From positions 1-64,000 of the forward strand of contig JAVECO010000050.1 of assembly GCA_051942205.1 (NCBI GenBank): DNA of 64,000 nucleotides, in the 5' to 3' direction. Position 1 is the first letter of the stretch. Every line of letters starts with the position of its first letter. Made by a program: the position numbers and the translations under genes. The notes under the pieces were generated by a model. That model was not told the DNA's origin. It saw nothing but the letters and a program-made list of their open reading frames with translations, and made no database searches. This document shows, piece by piece, positions 47,091 to 59,225 of this stretch. The DNA is from Coniocarpon cinnabarinum. Its lineage: Eukaryota.

Positions 47091-48855
47091 ATGGCTGCGT
47101 CTCGTCTGAGTCGGCGCTACGCTTTCTGCGCCTTGAGCCATCCTGTAGAAACGATACCAAGGTCCTACGCGCGTGAAACACTTGTCTCCATATCGCGAAG
47201 GCGGCGACCAGGTACTCGTCACTTACACCAATCTGTCATGCGCCTGCAAGACTCAAACCATCGCAAGGAATCATTTTCCGCAAGATTACGAACAGCTCGG
47301 GGCAAGACACCCATTGTTTGGCGGCCCATACCGGTCAGTCTGGGTATTGGTTTCCTAGGCGTCTGGCAATTTTACCGGGTCCGTCAGCAGCAACAAGAGA
47401 GGTCATGGGAGCAAGAGAGGGGCTTCCATACGTCATCCGAGGATGAGCTGCAAGAAGATGGTACGCGGAGGCCGAGAAAGCGAGATCGTGTGAGACCAAG
47501 TGGACCGTGGCAAGTGCAAGTCATGTCAACACTGCCGCTGAAGGCGATTTCGAGGCTATGGGGCAGATTCAATGAAATGACTATACCTTACTATCTACGA
47601 GTACCAGGTTTCAAGCTCTACTCGTGGATCTTTGGTGTCAAGTACGTAGCAGCTGAATTTGTTTTGTGCAACTGCTTGACCTGACCCAGCGTAAAGCCTT
47701 GCAGAAGTGGCAGAGCCAGACCTCCACACTTATCCGAACCTTGCATCCTTCTTCTACCGCCAACTCAAACCTGGCGTTCGTCCACTTGATCCTGGATCTA
47801 ACTCACTGCTTTCGCCAGCCGATGGTCGTGTAGTCCAATTTGGGACTATTGAGCATGGTGGCGAGGTCGAGCAAGTAAAAGGCGTTACATACAGTCTGGA
47901 TTCGCTACTTGGGGCTGCGCGGCCCTCTTCACGCAGCAGCAGCCCGAACGCAAGCGTAACATCAAACATCGCTGCTTCGTCAGCCTCGCCCCAACCTTCA
48001 AATGAACGAGCGGCCACGGGACAGGAAGAGCATATCAATTCGGATGAGGAGTTTGCTAGAGTGAATGGCATTTCGTACACTTTACCGAATCTTTTCTCCG
48101 GTCCAGAAACCAGCGCGTCGACTCGAGGACGCAAGCAGACCACTGATCAATCCATGACATCGCTGCCCACCTCTGAATCCGAAGTCCGTGCAGATCTGGC
48201 TCTGGCGAATGAGACCCCATGGTGGGCTCCTTTCCGCTCGTCGCCAGCGAAGCCCACGACCTTGTATTACATGGTTGTGTATTTGGCCCCTGGCGATTAC
48301 CACCGTTTTCACAGCCCTGTGAGTTGGGTGGTGAGCCAGCGTCGGCATTTTGCCGGAGAGCTCTACTCAGTCTCGCCCTACTTGGTGCGCACCTTGCCAG
48401 GACTTTTCACACTCAACGAGCGTGTTGTTCTGCTTGGCCGCTGGCGCCATGGCTTCTTTTCATTTACGCCGGTAGGAGCAACCAACGTGGGGTCGATAGT
48501 AGTGAACTTCGATCGCGAGCTTCGAACGAACAGCCTAACGACTGACACCGAAGCCGATCGAGCCGCCGAGGCAGCCAAAAACAGGGGTGAGCCGTACAGC
48601 GGCTTTGCTGAAGCAACTTATGAAGGCTCGAGTGCTTTGCTGGGTGGACATGCCCTCAAGAAGGGCGAAGAAATGGGTGGCTTTCAGCTCGGTAGCACCG
48701 TCGTGATGGTGTTTGAAGCACCGAAGGGCATTCGCAAGAGCTTTGACGAAGGCTTCACCGGCGAAAGAAAGGGAGGCTGGACCTGGATGGTCGAAAAGGG
48801 CCAAAAAGTTAAAATGGGACAGGCATTAGGCCATGTTGTCGAAGAGGACGGGTGA
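47091..48855 (+). CDS. PSD1: Mitochondrial phosphatidylserine decarboxylase proenzyme
   Basis: Presequence, STLPLKAISRLWG, FFYRQLKPGVRP, SPADG, YLAPGDYHRFHSP, VGATNVGSI and the LGST autocleavage motif; intron 47642-47696. Confidence 0.96.
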
Positions 48856-49510
48856 ATCGCGCAAAGCCCCACGACCTTTTAGGTCGGCATGAGACACTAA
48901 AAGCGCCACAAGCGCGGGAGCGCGTCGGTCAAGAAGGCAACGTTGACCGGGTGCTCATCATGTACTGCTGCGAAGTCGCCCGCAGCAGCCGCAACAAGCA
49001 TCTGGATGCAGGCAAGCGAACTGAACGACTTGTTGGAAGTCGAGCAAGGTAAGATGTGGGGCCGCCTGTCGAGCTCGTGACTGGCTAGTGGCTGTGGAAC
49101 CGATCTTAGATCCCGCCGCGGCTTGCGGTCAATCTTGAGTGCCAGTCCGCTTTTGGCCACACACTCTCCAATGGCATATCTTGGCTGCTCGCCGCACGGC
49201 TCGGATGAGGGGCGTTGTACAGGCAATTGACTCGTACGACTCGACACGGCTCCAATTTGAGCCCGCGTGGCTGGCCAGATGCTCGAAAGCTACTAAGACA
49301 GGCATACCGACGTGTTTGACAATCTGCGCCGGCCCTCGCGAGGCAACCGCACCATCACTGACGCTGTTATCTCCCGCTACTTGTAACAATGGATAAATAC
49401 AGCAGCGCCTCGTCGCAAGATGCCCAAATGCTCGAGTCTCAGCCTTCGCCCGCACATCCTGTTAGACAGCGCTGTCACTGCTTTGGTCGATACGAAGGCG
49501 GTGCTGCAAA

Positions 49511-51574
49511 ATGTCAGACCTCACATACGGAGTCATTACTACGCCTGAGGATGCCTCATGTCGAGCCTTGTTCGATACAAAGGGAAATTCAACCTCGCCC
49601 TTGGCGGGCAATCCTGACATCGCCGGAGTAGGAGTGCGTTTACTTACGGCCTTTTCAAGCGTCTTTCGATCGATGCATTAACCTCGTACAGGTTGTCTCC
49701 TCATTCGTTGTCAGCGCCTACATGTCTCTAGCAGTCGCACTCTTTTGTTATCCTCGACTACTTCCAGCGTCTCTACTCAACGATTATGACCGTCTTTTCA
49801 TGCGCACGCGTGCTGAGGGTCAAGAGCGTTGGTTCAAAGCCCTACGGGAGGGGATCCTGGTGTTTTCGGACTCTCAAATCATCCAAGGCATCGGCATTCT
49901 TGTCGCTGGCTTTGCAAATGTCAAGACGTTGACGGTTTATCATTGGCAGCTCGTCGTCTACATGGCCTGGATGAGTTCCAACGTGCATTTGACGACGCTC
50001 ACCGTTCTGCAAGATTATTTCTACCGGCATAAGATGCTTCGCAACATTCGACTCTTTGGAATGATGGTGCTGCTCCTCCTCCTCGTCGTTGCTTTTGTTC
50101 CCACGTCCAGCATGAATTGGGTATCCGCGATACTTCAGGATTTTAATAGGGACAAATATCCGGAAAACGACGACCCAGTATGGCGAGATGCTTGGTACGG
50201 GCTTAACTTTGCAATGCCTGTGCGCTGCTTCTGGATTCCGCCGTTCAATGGCAGTGGTCAGCAAGCGGAATACATGTCGGATCAAATCAATCCAGACGCG
50301 CCTTTCACATATGTCATCCTGCTTGTTAGCTACGCGTGGAAGGTACTGGGCTTGGTGCGCCAAGAGCGTCGTCAGAAGAGCCGGATGAGCAAAGAACCAG
50401 GCGACGAGGCTTCTGTCACAAGCGTCATCCCGAGAAAACCATGGTTCAAACGCGTGGTATTGATGTGGCTCTTACGACGAGCCAAACGTACTGCCAGGCA
50501 GGCTCCACGGAAGGACTACTCCACACAGGGATTCAGCCTCTCGTACTGTCTGAAGAAACTTTGGAATATCTTCATGTTGCGATTTACGTTTATCACCTAC
50601 GCTGGATTCCTGGTGCTGTATGACTTCCTAACGTCGTTCCTGGCATCGATATGGGTGCTGCTGCTGCTATTAGTGTGGGGCACGCTGGAAATTGCAGTGG
50701 TTCGACACAAGTCGAAGACACTGCCTGACGTCCACGACGAGGAGAATGAGTGGGGCTTCGGTCAAGTCTTGCCAATCCTGCTTTTAGCCGCGCCGGTGGT
50801 GGCGGCGGTCAATCACTTTTTTCGTACGTTTGGCCTCGATCATGCCTATGTGAGGAGCGCATGCTGACATTTTCGCCAGGTAACAAGAAGTCCGGACAAC
50901 CCAATGAAGAGCTTGCTCAGGTCCTGCATCCAAGTAGCACGAACCTGGTTGCCCTCAAGACCTTCAAGACCCGAGGTTGTTCTCTACGCTCACAAGGCAA
51001 CTCATATCAACGAGTACAGAATCCCGGCCAAGCGGGCCAGGATCCTTCAAAGCGTCAAAGTCGCGTGTCAACGACCGGAGTGCACAACAATGACACCCCA
51101 TCGCAGGCCAGCGATGAAGTTGACGAAACTGGTCAAGGGGTTGCGACACCCCTTCAGTCGACGTCACCAGCCCCTTCTCTTCATGGACCAACTTACAGCC
51201 AAATGGCGTCCGACATTCCTGCCGATGCATGCCACCCCAAGACATCATTAGTGGCGTACTTATTAAGCACCGGATCAGCCGATCCAGACCTAGACAAAGT
51301 CTCGCGTGACTTCTTCTACAAGTCCTGGACATGCTGGTCCCTGCTGCTACTTCCCAACATCATTTGTGCCCTCGGTGGGGCTGTTGTCTTCGTGCTTGAG
51401 GCCAAGGCAGCTCTCGAAAAGAGCAGCACCGTGCAAGCGCAGGGCGGGCTTTCATCGTATGATCAGAAGGGATGGGTTTGGGTGACAGGCGTGTTGGCGC
51501 TCGCCGTGGGAGCAACACTGTGGTTTGTGTGGGTAACGATAGCCATGTTTACGAGTCGTCTCTTCCGCTCATGA
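49511..51574 (+). CDS. Multi-pass membrane protein of unknown function
   Basis: ATG 49511; introns 49634-49691 and 50824-50879; motifs NPDIAGVGV, FSDSQIIQGIGIL, YHWQLVVYMAWMSS.VHLTTL and ENEWGFGQVLP; many TM segments. Confidence 0.8.
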
Positions 51575-52320
51575 AGGAATATATCTATTCGTGGAATTGA
51601 TGCAAGGGCGAATCGCACCTCCTTGACAAGGTTTGCGGGTAATACAGGGTCGAAAACTCGGGTGACGTGGATCCAGCATGTGCGCCATTCAGAGGACCCC
51701 ACAGCTCACTTGACTCACTTGCGAGCACGCGCCCCACAGTGCTACAAAAAAAAAACAGCGGTCTACGGTGTCCACCAAGCGTCTTTGTGTGGAGTGTTGG
51801 CAAACTTTGACCAAGTGACGCCCAGCCCTCGGCCGCCGAAGAGGCCCAAAATAAACATGCTCCACCTTGCTCCACAGACGTCAAAATGGTCACTAGCGCA
51901 ACGCACGGTGCCACTTCTGCCCTGCCGAGAATGCCAAGATCTATAAAGTAAGCAGGCGAAACCGCATTTGGCGAGCGTGTTCCTGGTTAGGGAACAGACC
52001 AGCACAAGGTATGATTCGGCCTTGATGCTAAGAATGTAACTTGGGAAACGTTCAGGAGATGAAGAATATAAAAGCTCGTCGATACCCTCGGAGGAATGGA
52101 CTGCCATTGTGCTGTTTTGCCCTTGGGAACACCACTTGAGTACGCATTCACTTGTGTTGCTCACTTTGCATAGCTGTATTGGATCCACGCAATCGCTCTG
52201 ATACTGATACAAAGTACGTTCGTCACTGAATTTCCGCAACCTAAGCTTGGCACTAATGGCATTCCAGTTCAGCTCGACCGAGTATACAGAGCTTACCCAA
52301 TCTCTCACATATACCCAGCC

Positions 52321-52701
52321 ATGCAATACCTTACCCTCCTCGCTGCGCTTCCCGCCCTTTCCTCTCTCACCTCGGCGCTCGCCATCCGCCAAGTCGACAA
52401 CGTTTGGGTGACGTTGCTACCCAGCTACGGCTGCCCAGGCGCTGACCCCCTCGCTTTCGTCTCATCCGAGTACCTCGACGGTGGCTGCCACAGCATCGAT
52501 GGCTTCAACTCGACGCAGTCAAGCTTGTCTGCGCCCGCAGACACGACCACGCAGACGCTTACGTTTTACAAAGACGACAAGTGCGAGGAAGTTGCGGCGG
52601 TGCTTTCGAACAAGGCTGCAGAGGGTGTGGAGGTGGCGGATGGAAGTTGCGTGTCTGCGCCGCCTGGGGAGAGCTTTGAGGCAATGAGATATGAAAAGTG
52701 A
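52321..52701 (+). CDS. Small secreted protein (126 aa, 4 Cys)
   Basis: Clear signal peptide MQYLTLLAALPALSSLTSA, four Cys, single exon, upstream TATAAA-like elements. Confidence 0.8.
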   Translation: MQYLTLLAALPALSSLTSALAIRQVDNVWVTLLPSYGCPGADPLAFVSSEYLDGGCHSIDGFNSTQSSLSAPADTTTQTLTFYKDDKCEEVAAVLSNKAAEGVEVADGSCVSAPPGESFEAMRYEK

Positions 52702-53365
52702 AGGGTCCCGGATGCTAGAAGCGCGTGATACACCGTGAGGTATTGTTCGTCTGGTCGAAAATGCCAGAGATGCATCCTGTGTCATTGCCACGAACACACG
52801 GTCTGATAGCTAGCTAAATGTTTGGGGAGCCAATGCCAAGTTGAAGCAGGTCTTGAAACCCTGAGAATCGAGGCAGCATGCCGACACTAGTGACTACGCT
52901 AAGTAACGAGGCGGCCACGCGGCATGGCTTCCGTACGTGATCGGAGCCGTTCCCGTCAGCCTTCGCCGATATCACCATGACTGACCTTTCCACCGTCGTA
53001 CGCCCATGTAGTCGCATTGCGCTGGCACGCGTCGCTCATGTCATAGCTGTCTTAATCGTCTACGTTGCTCGTTGACCTTCTGGGACACTTTCCTGTCCAC
53101 TTCCTGACACATGGAGTCGCAACGATATACCGGGCTTTAGCATAGCCACGCGCCTACAAGGGTTTCTATCAGCAAGCGCATGTCCATCTCACTATGCAAA
53201 CGACCGTGTGATCCCTCGCAGCAGTTGCAAAGTGCTTCCATAAGCTTTGCTACTTTGGAACAGCACCAAGCCCCTCTCTCGTTCTCCTCATGTTTCTAGT
53301 GGCTGCAATCCTTGGAGGAGTAAAGAGGTTTTGGATATTTGCCGGAACGGGCGCAATACAGGTCG

Positions 53366-56064
53366 ATGGCAGCATACACATCCAGTCCTGGTGACCTTCG
53401 CTGGAACTCGTCACCTAGACCCAAAAGTCGTGGTACATCCTTCACAAAGCATCGCTTTACACCTTATACCAGAGGCTGGGAACTTACAACCAGTAGACAG
53501 TCCTAAAAACACACCTTGCCGCAATGTACAAATTTATGGCTATTGCAGAAATGAGGGTATTTTTCAATGCCCAGACTCATCATGTACACTCATGCTTATT
53601 AAGTGCGTAGCGTCTGGATGCCCGTATAACCATATTGTTTCCAAGAAGGAACCCACCCCTGGTCAAACTGAAAGGTCGGCAAGGTCTAGCGACGCTGTCG
53701 GCCGCCTCAGTGACTCACAGGCTGTTGATAGTGCGAAGAAACGCCTGAATGTTGATTCTCCATCGTTCACACCCGCCGTGCCAAACACTTCAGGTCCTGC
53801 AAATAAAGCAAGCGGCTTCTCCCCTCGGGCTGCGAGCGCAGCGCCCTTTCAGCCTAAGAACGCAAAGTCAGGTATGTTTTTTCAGCGTAGACGAGAACTG
53901 CACTGCCCCAGACTGAGGCGCTCCTTCTCAACTTGTTTTCTCTCGCAACAAAGCTGGACTTGCATTGTACCTGCTTTTAGATGTTCATCACCAGTCAACA
54001 TTCATTGCTAACATGCACATTTCCGCCCACGAAGCTCTAGCAACCCCTCCCGTCATTTCACGCCATCAATCTTCCGAGTGGTCTAATCCTGGCATACCCG
54101 AATTTGTCCCCCAAGGATTCCATCAAGAGAATGGCGTCATAGTGAGTCTGAGCAGCGTTTTCCACCATTCACAATCAAAGCGTTTCCTTTCATGGTCCCC
54201 TACTTGTCTAATGTTTACAGCCTACAATTCCCACTAATATCATGATCAGGGCGAACCCGCACCTCAGTTGACGCTTACAGAGCCGTACCATCCGTTTGAT
54301 GCATCAGGATCTTATGCTGACGCCAATGCATCGCAACAAACGACAAGCACTTTCAATCCCTACGCACAAGAGGCAAGTGCGCCGAATGGCGCGACAATCT
54401 ACAATCAGCAAAATGCCTTCACGCAACCGGTTCGTACAGCTTCGCACACCGCCCATTGCCTCCGCTCACCATGCCAGCTCAACTACCATCTTTATGCACC
54501 AGTTGGACCCCATAGGGAGAATCTTTTGGCATATCAACGCACAGCTCACGACTTCTTCATTTCAGAGAGTCTGCGACAAGACTTAACTCGCAAGGCGGAG
54601 TTGACTCTTCAAGAGTTTCCGAGTGAGAATCTCGCCCGACATGACAACAAAACGCATCTCGAGCTAACACGGTAAATACTCAGATGCATCCCTTCCTCCG
54701 GCAGTAGAACATTTCCACTCGCTTGTGCCACTTGACACCGTCTCGCAGAAGAGCAGCAATGTTTTTGGATACAGCACATGGTTGTATAAAGTTATGTCTA
54801 GTCAAGACGGCAACTATTACACTTTGCGACGCATCGCTGGTAAGTTCGGACATGCTTGAGCCTCATAGTGACTACTAACAGTGCAGGCTTCCGACTCACA
54901 ACCGAAAAGGCCGTGAGCACTATCCCCGCCTGGAAGCGCATTGCCAATGCGAGCTGCGTGACTGTTCATGATTGTTTTACCACGCGCGCATTCGGTGATT
55001 CCTCTTTGGTCTTCGTCACAGACTATCACCCAATGTCCAAGACTCTTGCAGAGGCGCATTTGTTGCAGCAGCATTCACGCTCTTCACGGTCAAGTCAGGT
55101 GCCCGAACATGTCATTTGGAGTTATATAGTTCAGCTGACATCCGCGCTGCGCACCATACATGCCAACAATCTTGCTGCAAGATTGATCACGCCGTCAAAG
55201 GTTCTGCTCACCAGCAAAAACAGAGTGAGGCTGAATGCGACTGGTGTGCTGGATGTGACTCAATACTCGAACGATCCGCCATCGTTGGAGTATCTGCAAA
55301 TAGATGACCTTCGTCAGCTTGGTCGGCTCGTCCTTGCATTAGCAACTCTGAACCCAGCACACGCCACTTCCCAGCCCGCTGGCAAAGGCCAATTCCAAAC
55401 CGGCGTTCAACCCGCAACCGTGAAAGTTCTTGAAGCTTTGAGTCGGTCTTACTCTGAACGCTTCTGTGCAGTTGTGGCCACTTTGATAGATGCCGGCAAT
55501 CCATCGAATCCAGACGCCATCCAGGACGCGTTCTCGTTCGCTAGTAGTATCACGGATCACGTTTTGAGCAACATGGACAGCGCTTTGCACAGCGAAGATG
55601 CGCTGACGTCAAACTTGGTGAGGGAACTGGAAAACGGCCGCTTAGTGCGATTGATGTCCAAGCTTGGTTGTATCAACGAGCGACCGGAATACTCGCCACA
55701 TGATCCCAATTCGGCAACCATTAATGCATCGTCGCCGGCATCACTGCAACGTGCTGCATGGTCGGAGACTGGCGAACGATACTATCTTAAGCTGTTTCGC
55801 GACTATGTGTTTCATCAGGTGGCCGCAGAAGATGGCCGACCTGTCGTTGACCTGGGCCATGTGATCACCTGTCTCAACAAGCTTGACGCGGGCAGTGACG
55901 AGAAGATTGCTCTGGTCACACGAGACGAGCAGAATGTCATTGTGGTCAGCTATCGAGAAGTGAAAAGAGGATTGGAGAGTGCATTTCTGGAGCTACGGAC
56001 GGCGGCCCAGGGGACTTCCGGGGCGGGAATCAATACAGGCATTGGAATGATGGCACGGCGGTAG
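53366..56064 (+). CDS. PAN3: PAN2-PAN3 deadenylase subunit PAN3
   Basis: Spliced CCCH finger CRNVQIYGYCRNEASGCPYNH, LNVDSPSFTP, YHLYAPVGP, pseudokinase FTTRAFGDSSL, ELENGRLVRL, WSETGERY and LNKLDAG; ~8 introns. Confidence 0.95.
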
Positions 56065-56524
56065 CAATGCTAATCGAGGCATTGGCAGAAGACTTGGCTA
56101 GCTCTTCACTCTTGGGTTTTGTAGAACGGTCAGACCAAAAAAAGCTTCAAAGTAACAGGAATGCAAAAACATCTGGAAAATCACGTCCCACTGTCCCGGA
56201 GGCGCTGTCCCCGACCAACTTTCCAAAATGTGCATGGGGTGAACATTGTTGTTTGCGACGACAATCCAGCCATCACATGTTGTGTGCATGGTCAGCCTAA
56301 TTTTCATCGTTCTTGTATGTAATTTATCACGTGACATGTACAAACCGGCCCGCATCCGCGCCGTGAAAATGACGTACCTGGTTTTCCAATCCGTGGATGT
56401 ACCGCAGCTCACAGCTGTATACTCATCTTGTCACCTACAGACTACAGGACCATTACCTCTCAACCAAGACTGAAGTAGCGAATCACACCAAACAAGGTCA
56501 ATCCTCCTGGTTTCCTAAGAAAAC

Positions 56525-57200
56525 ATGGCCAATCCCTCCGGCACCATCCCCACCACCACCCACGTCACCGAATCGGCCCTGATCCCTGCTCCCTTCAGCA
56601 GCGTCTGGCACCTCCTGAAATTGCAAGATTTCGGCACCTGGTACTCGGCTCTCGCGAAGACCGAGTACAACAAGGGCACCTCCCCTGAGACGGACGTCAT
56701 TCGCTGGCACTTCAAGGATGGCACCGTGCAGGATATCAAGCAGGAGGAGCATTCGAGCTTGAATCATTACATCACGTATAGTGTTATTACGAGTGCGCCG
56801 GCGTTGAGCTACACGAGTGTGGTGAGCACGATTCGCTGTTGGAATGTGACCACGGGACCTGCAGCTGGGGGTACTTTTGTGGAGTGTGCGGCGAATTTTA
56901 GCAGTGATGCGGATGCTGGTGAGTCTTGCCATTCTCTCTCTCTCTCTCTTCTCTGGCTGGCTCGGATTGTTGGACTACTTCGTTGTGGTAGAGTGACGAA
57001 TGTGGGGTTGTATACGGTATCGTGGTCCCAAAACAGTGCGGTGAAGATACGAAAGACACGACGTTCGAGGAGTGTTGATTGAGCAAACGCGCTAACGTGG
57101 CATTGCAGGTGTCATCCAAGATGCGAAGTACAAGCGTCGAGAGATGCTAGAGGATCTAGCCAAGGCGGCACAGGGCAAGGGCGTGGGAAAGACGACTTGA
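56525..57200 (+). CDS. Bet v1-like / polyketide cyclase (SRPBCC) domain protein
   Basis: ESALIPAPFSSVWHLLK, HYITYSVI and FSSDADAG; intron 56919-57108 then VIQDAKYKRREML. Confidence 0.8.
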
Positions 57201-58090
57201 CGCCGATGTCATGAACAACCACTCTTGATCAGTTCTCACTGAGCTGGAAAGAGTGTTGAGAGAAGCAAAGCTGGCATGCGCAATGAGCAAACCAGACAAG
57301 ATGCAAGATGAGCATTATGGATTACACGATCATAAACATATCGAAAAACAGAAAATTATAGCAATATCAAGATCAACTACAACATCGATTCTTTCGACGT
57401 CTGGCGATGACTCGTTGCCAGAAAGACGCTTGCCATCCAAAATGCCCTCGCCGTCCGTGATGACAATTACTCAAAGACATGAAACGTTAACAAGATATCA
57501 TAGGATATGTCACTAGCTCGTTTCCCTTTCCTTACTCGTACATTGCACTCCGAGAGAGAGTCTGAGCAGCGTTTCCTCGAAAGATCATGCTCTTTACACC
57601 AGTCCTCTACATTTTGGCTCTCTACGGCCTGTGTGCACACTCGATCCTTGTGAGTCTTTTCATATTTGACCTCTCTTCTTCGGCCGCCTACGCCTCGTTC
57701 ACTAGCCAAATTCCACTTTCTATCTTTCTTCCTCAACGTCACACCCAAATCTCGCGCGAAAATTCCCGTTAGACACTTTCAAAATCTGAGAATGAATCGG
57801 CAGTTCGACGTTCCCCTCACTGGCACGCAAGAAATTCATCTGCGAATTTCTATTCGAATAGTTCAAGCACATCTCAAGCTATGCACAGTAGAAGATTCAA
57901 AAGCAACATAGACAGAAAGCTTTCATATGGTAGAGTCCCACATGGTATCATACCTCCTTTGCGGTCTGTCACGCCGTCTGTCGTGTTCTTGACTAGGCCA
58001 CGCTCACGCCCTTGTTTTTGCCGTCGTCATCGTCAGAGTCGCCGTCGGTTCCGTCCACATGCTATAACTCTTTGTACACCCGTGACCACA

Positions 58091-58692
58091 CCAGACCAAG
58101 ACCAAGACCAGGACCAAGACTTAGAAAACTTGCCCTCGTCGCGATCTATTGCTAATACATCCAGTCCATCTAACTTACCATAATTACACCAAACGTCATT
58201 CCATCAATATCACGATCTCTGTCAATATCGCGACCTCTTCCAATATCACGACCTCTTCAGTCACCGTCTCTTCAATCATCATATTCAATCACCGTCTCTT
58301 CAATCACCATCTCGTGTCAAAATACTCGGTCACAACCTTCAGTCACCATCTCCAGCCACAATCCTCATTCAGCATTTCACTCACAATCTCCAGTCACAAT
58401 CCTCATTCACAATCTCCAGTCAAAATCCACATTCACAATTCCAGTCAAAATCCTCATTCACAATCTTTACAACTTCTCCCTCGTAACCAACTCAACGCCA
58501 CGATCTAAAAACCAAATCCCATCTATCCAGCCATCTTACATTCGTCACCAGCTCCCGACACTCCAGCTCCCGACACTCCAGCTTCCTTTACTCTCACTTA
58601 CAAACAGAGATGAAGCAGCTTAAAAGAAACGTCGGATCGTACTGTCGTGTCGAATCGTGTGGACGTGTCAGATCGTGTGGATGTGTCAGATC
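58091..58692. repeat. Cluster of short tandem repeats / low-complexity tract
   Basis: (GACCAA)~5 at 58091-58120; ~25-26-bp unit AATCTCCAGTCACAATCCTCATTCAC x~4 at ~58347-58461; 15-bp x2 at 58548-58583; 18-bp x2 at 58654-58692. Confidence 0.85.
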
Positions 58693-59225
58693 ATTTTTTC
58701 AACGAGGTCTCGTCGCTTCTACTCATATAGCTCAGAGGATCCGTACGCATCAGACCTTTACAAGGGAGTAATCATTCAAGACGTAATACAATTACTGAAC
58801 ACTGCAACCACGTACAGTAAAGTAAAGCCATGGGATAAAGCAATCCATGATGTGTTTTTCTCGCAGCGGGTTAATGCTCTTGACACATGCGGAATCAAAT
58901 TGGTCATCCACTGCCTCGAGAACATGGTAGAGCAAGATGAGACCTGCATATCTGCCCGCTCTCCAAACGACACTTTGTAGATGCGCAGCCCCATTCGCGT
59001 AGGCGAGGTGCAAATCTGGGGACAATCAAAGAAGACAGCATCATCCGAGACCACGTTTGTGAGTAGTGACTGGGTTTATGACAGTATGCTATGGATCCGA
59101 GCGATCATTTTGGGGTGTATTACAACTCCCAGCTCCGTCGCTAACACATGAAAATTAGAGCATGCTTGAGAACACTCTGCGCACGACTGCAAATATGCAT
59201 GTCCTTCACAGGTTGCACCTCATCC

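Noticed and set aside
56062..56073. PAN3 stop readthrough (TAG CAA)
   Set aside because: A TAA follows two codons later, giving no targeting signal.
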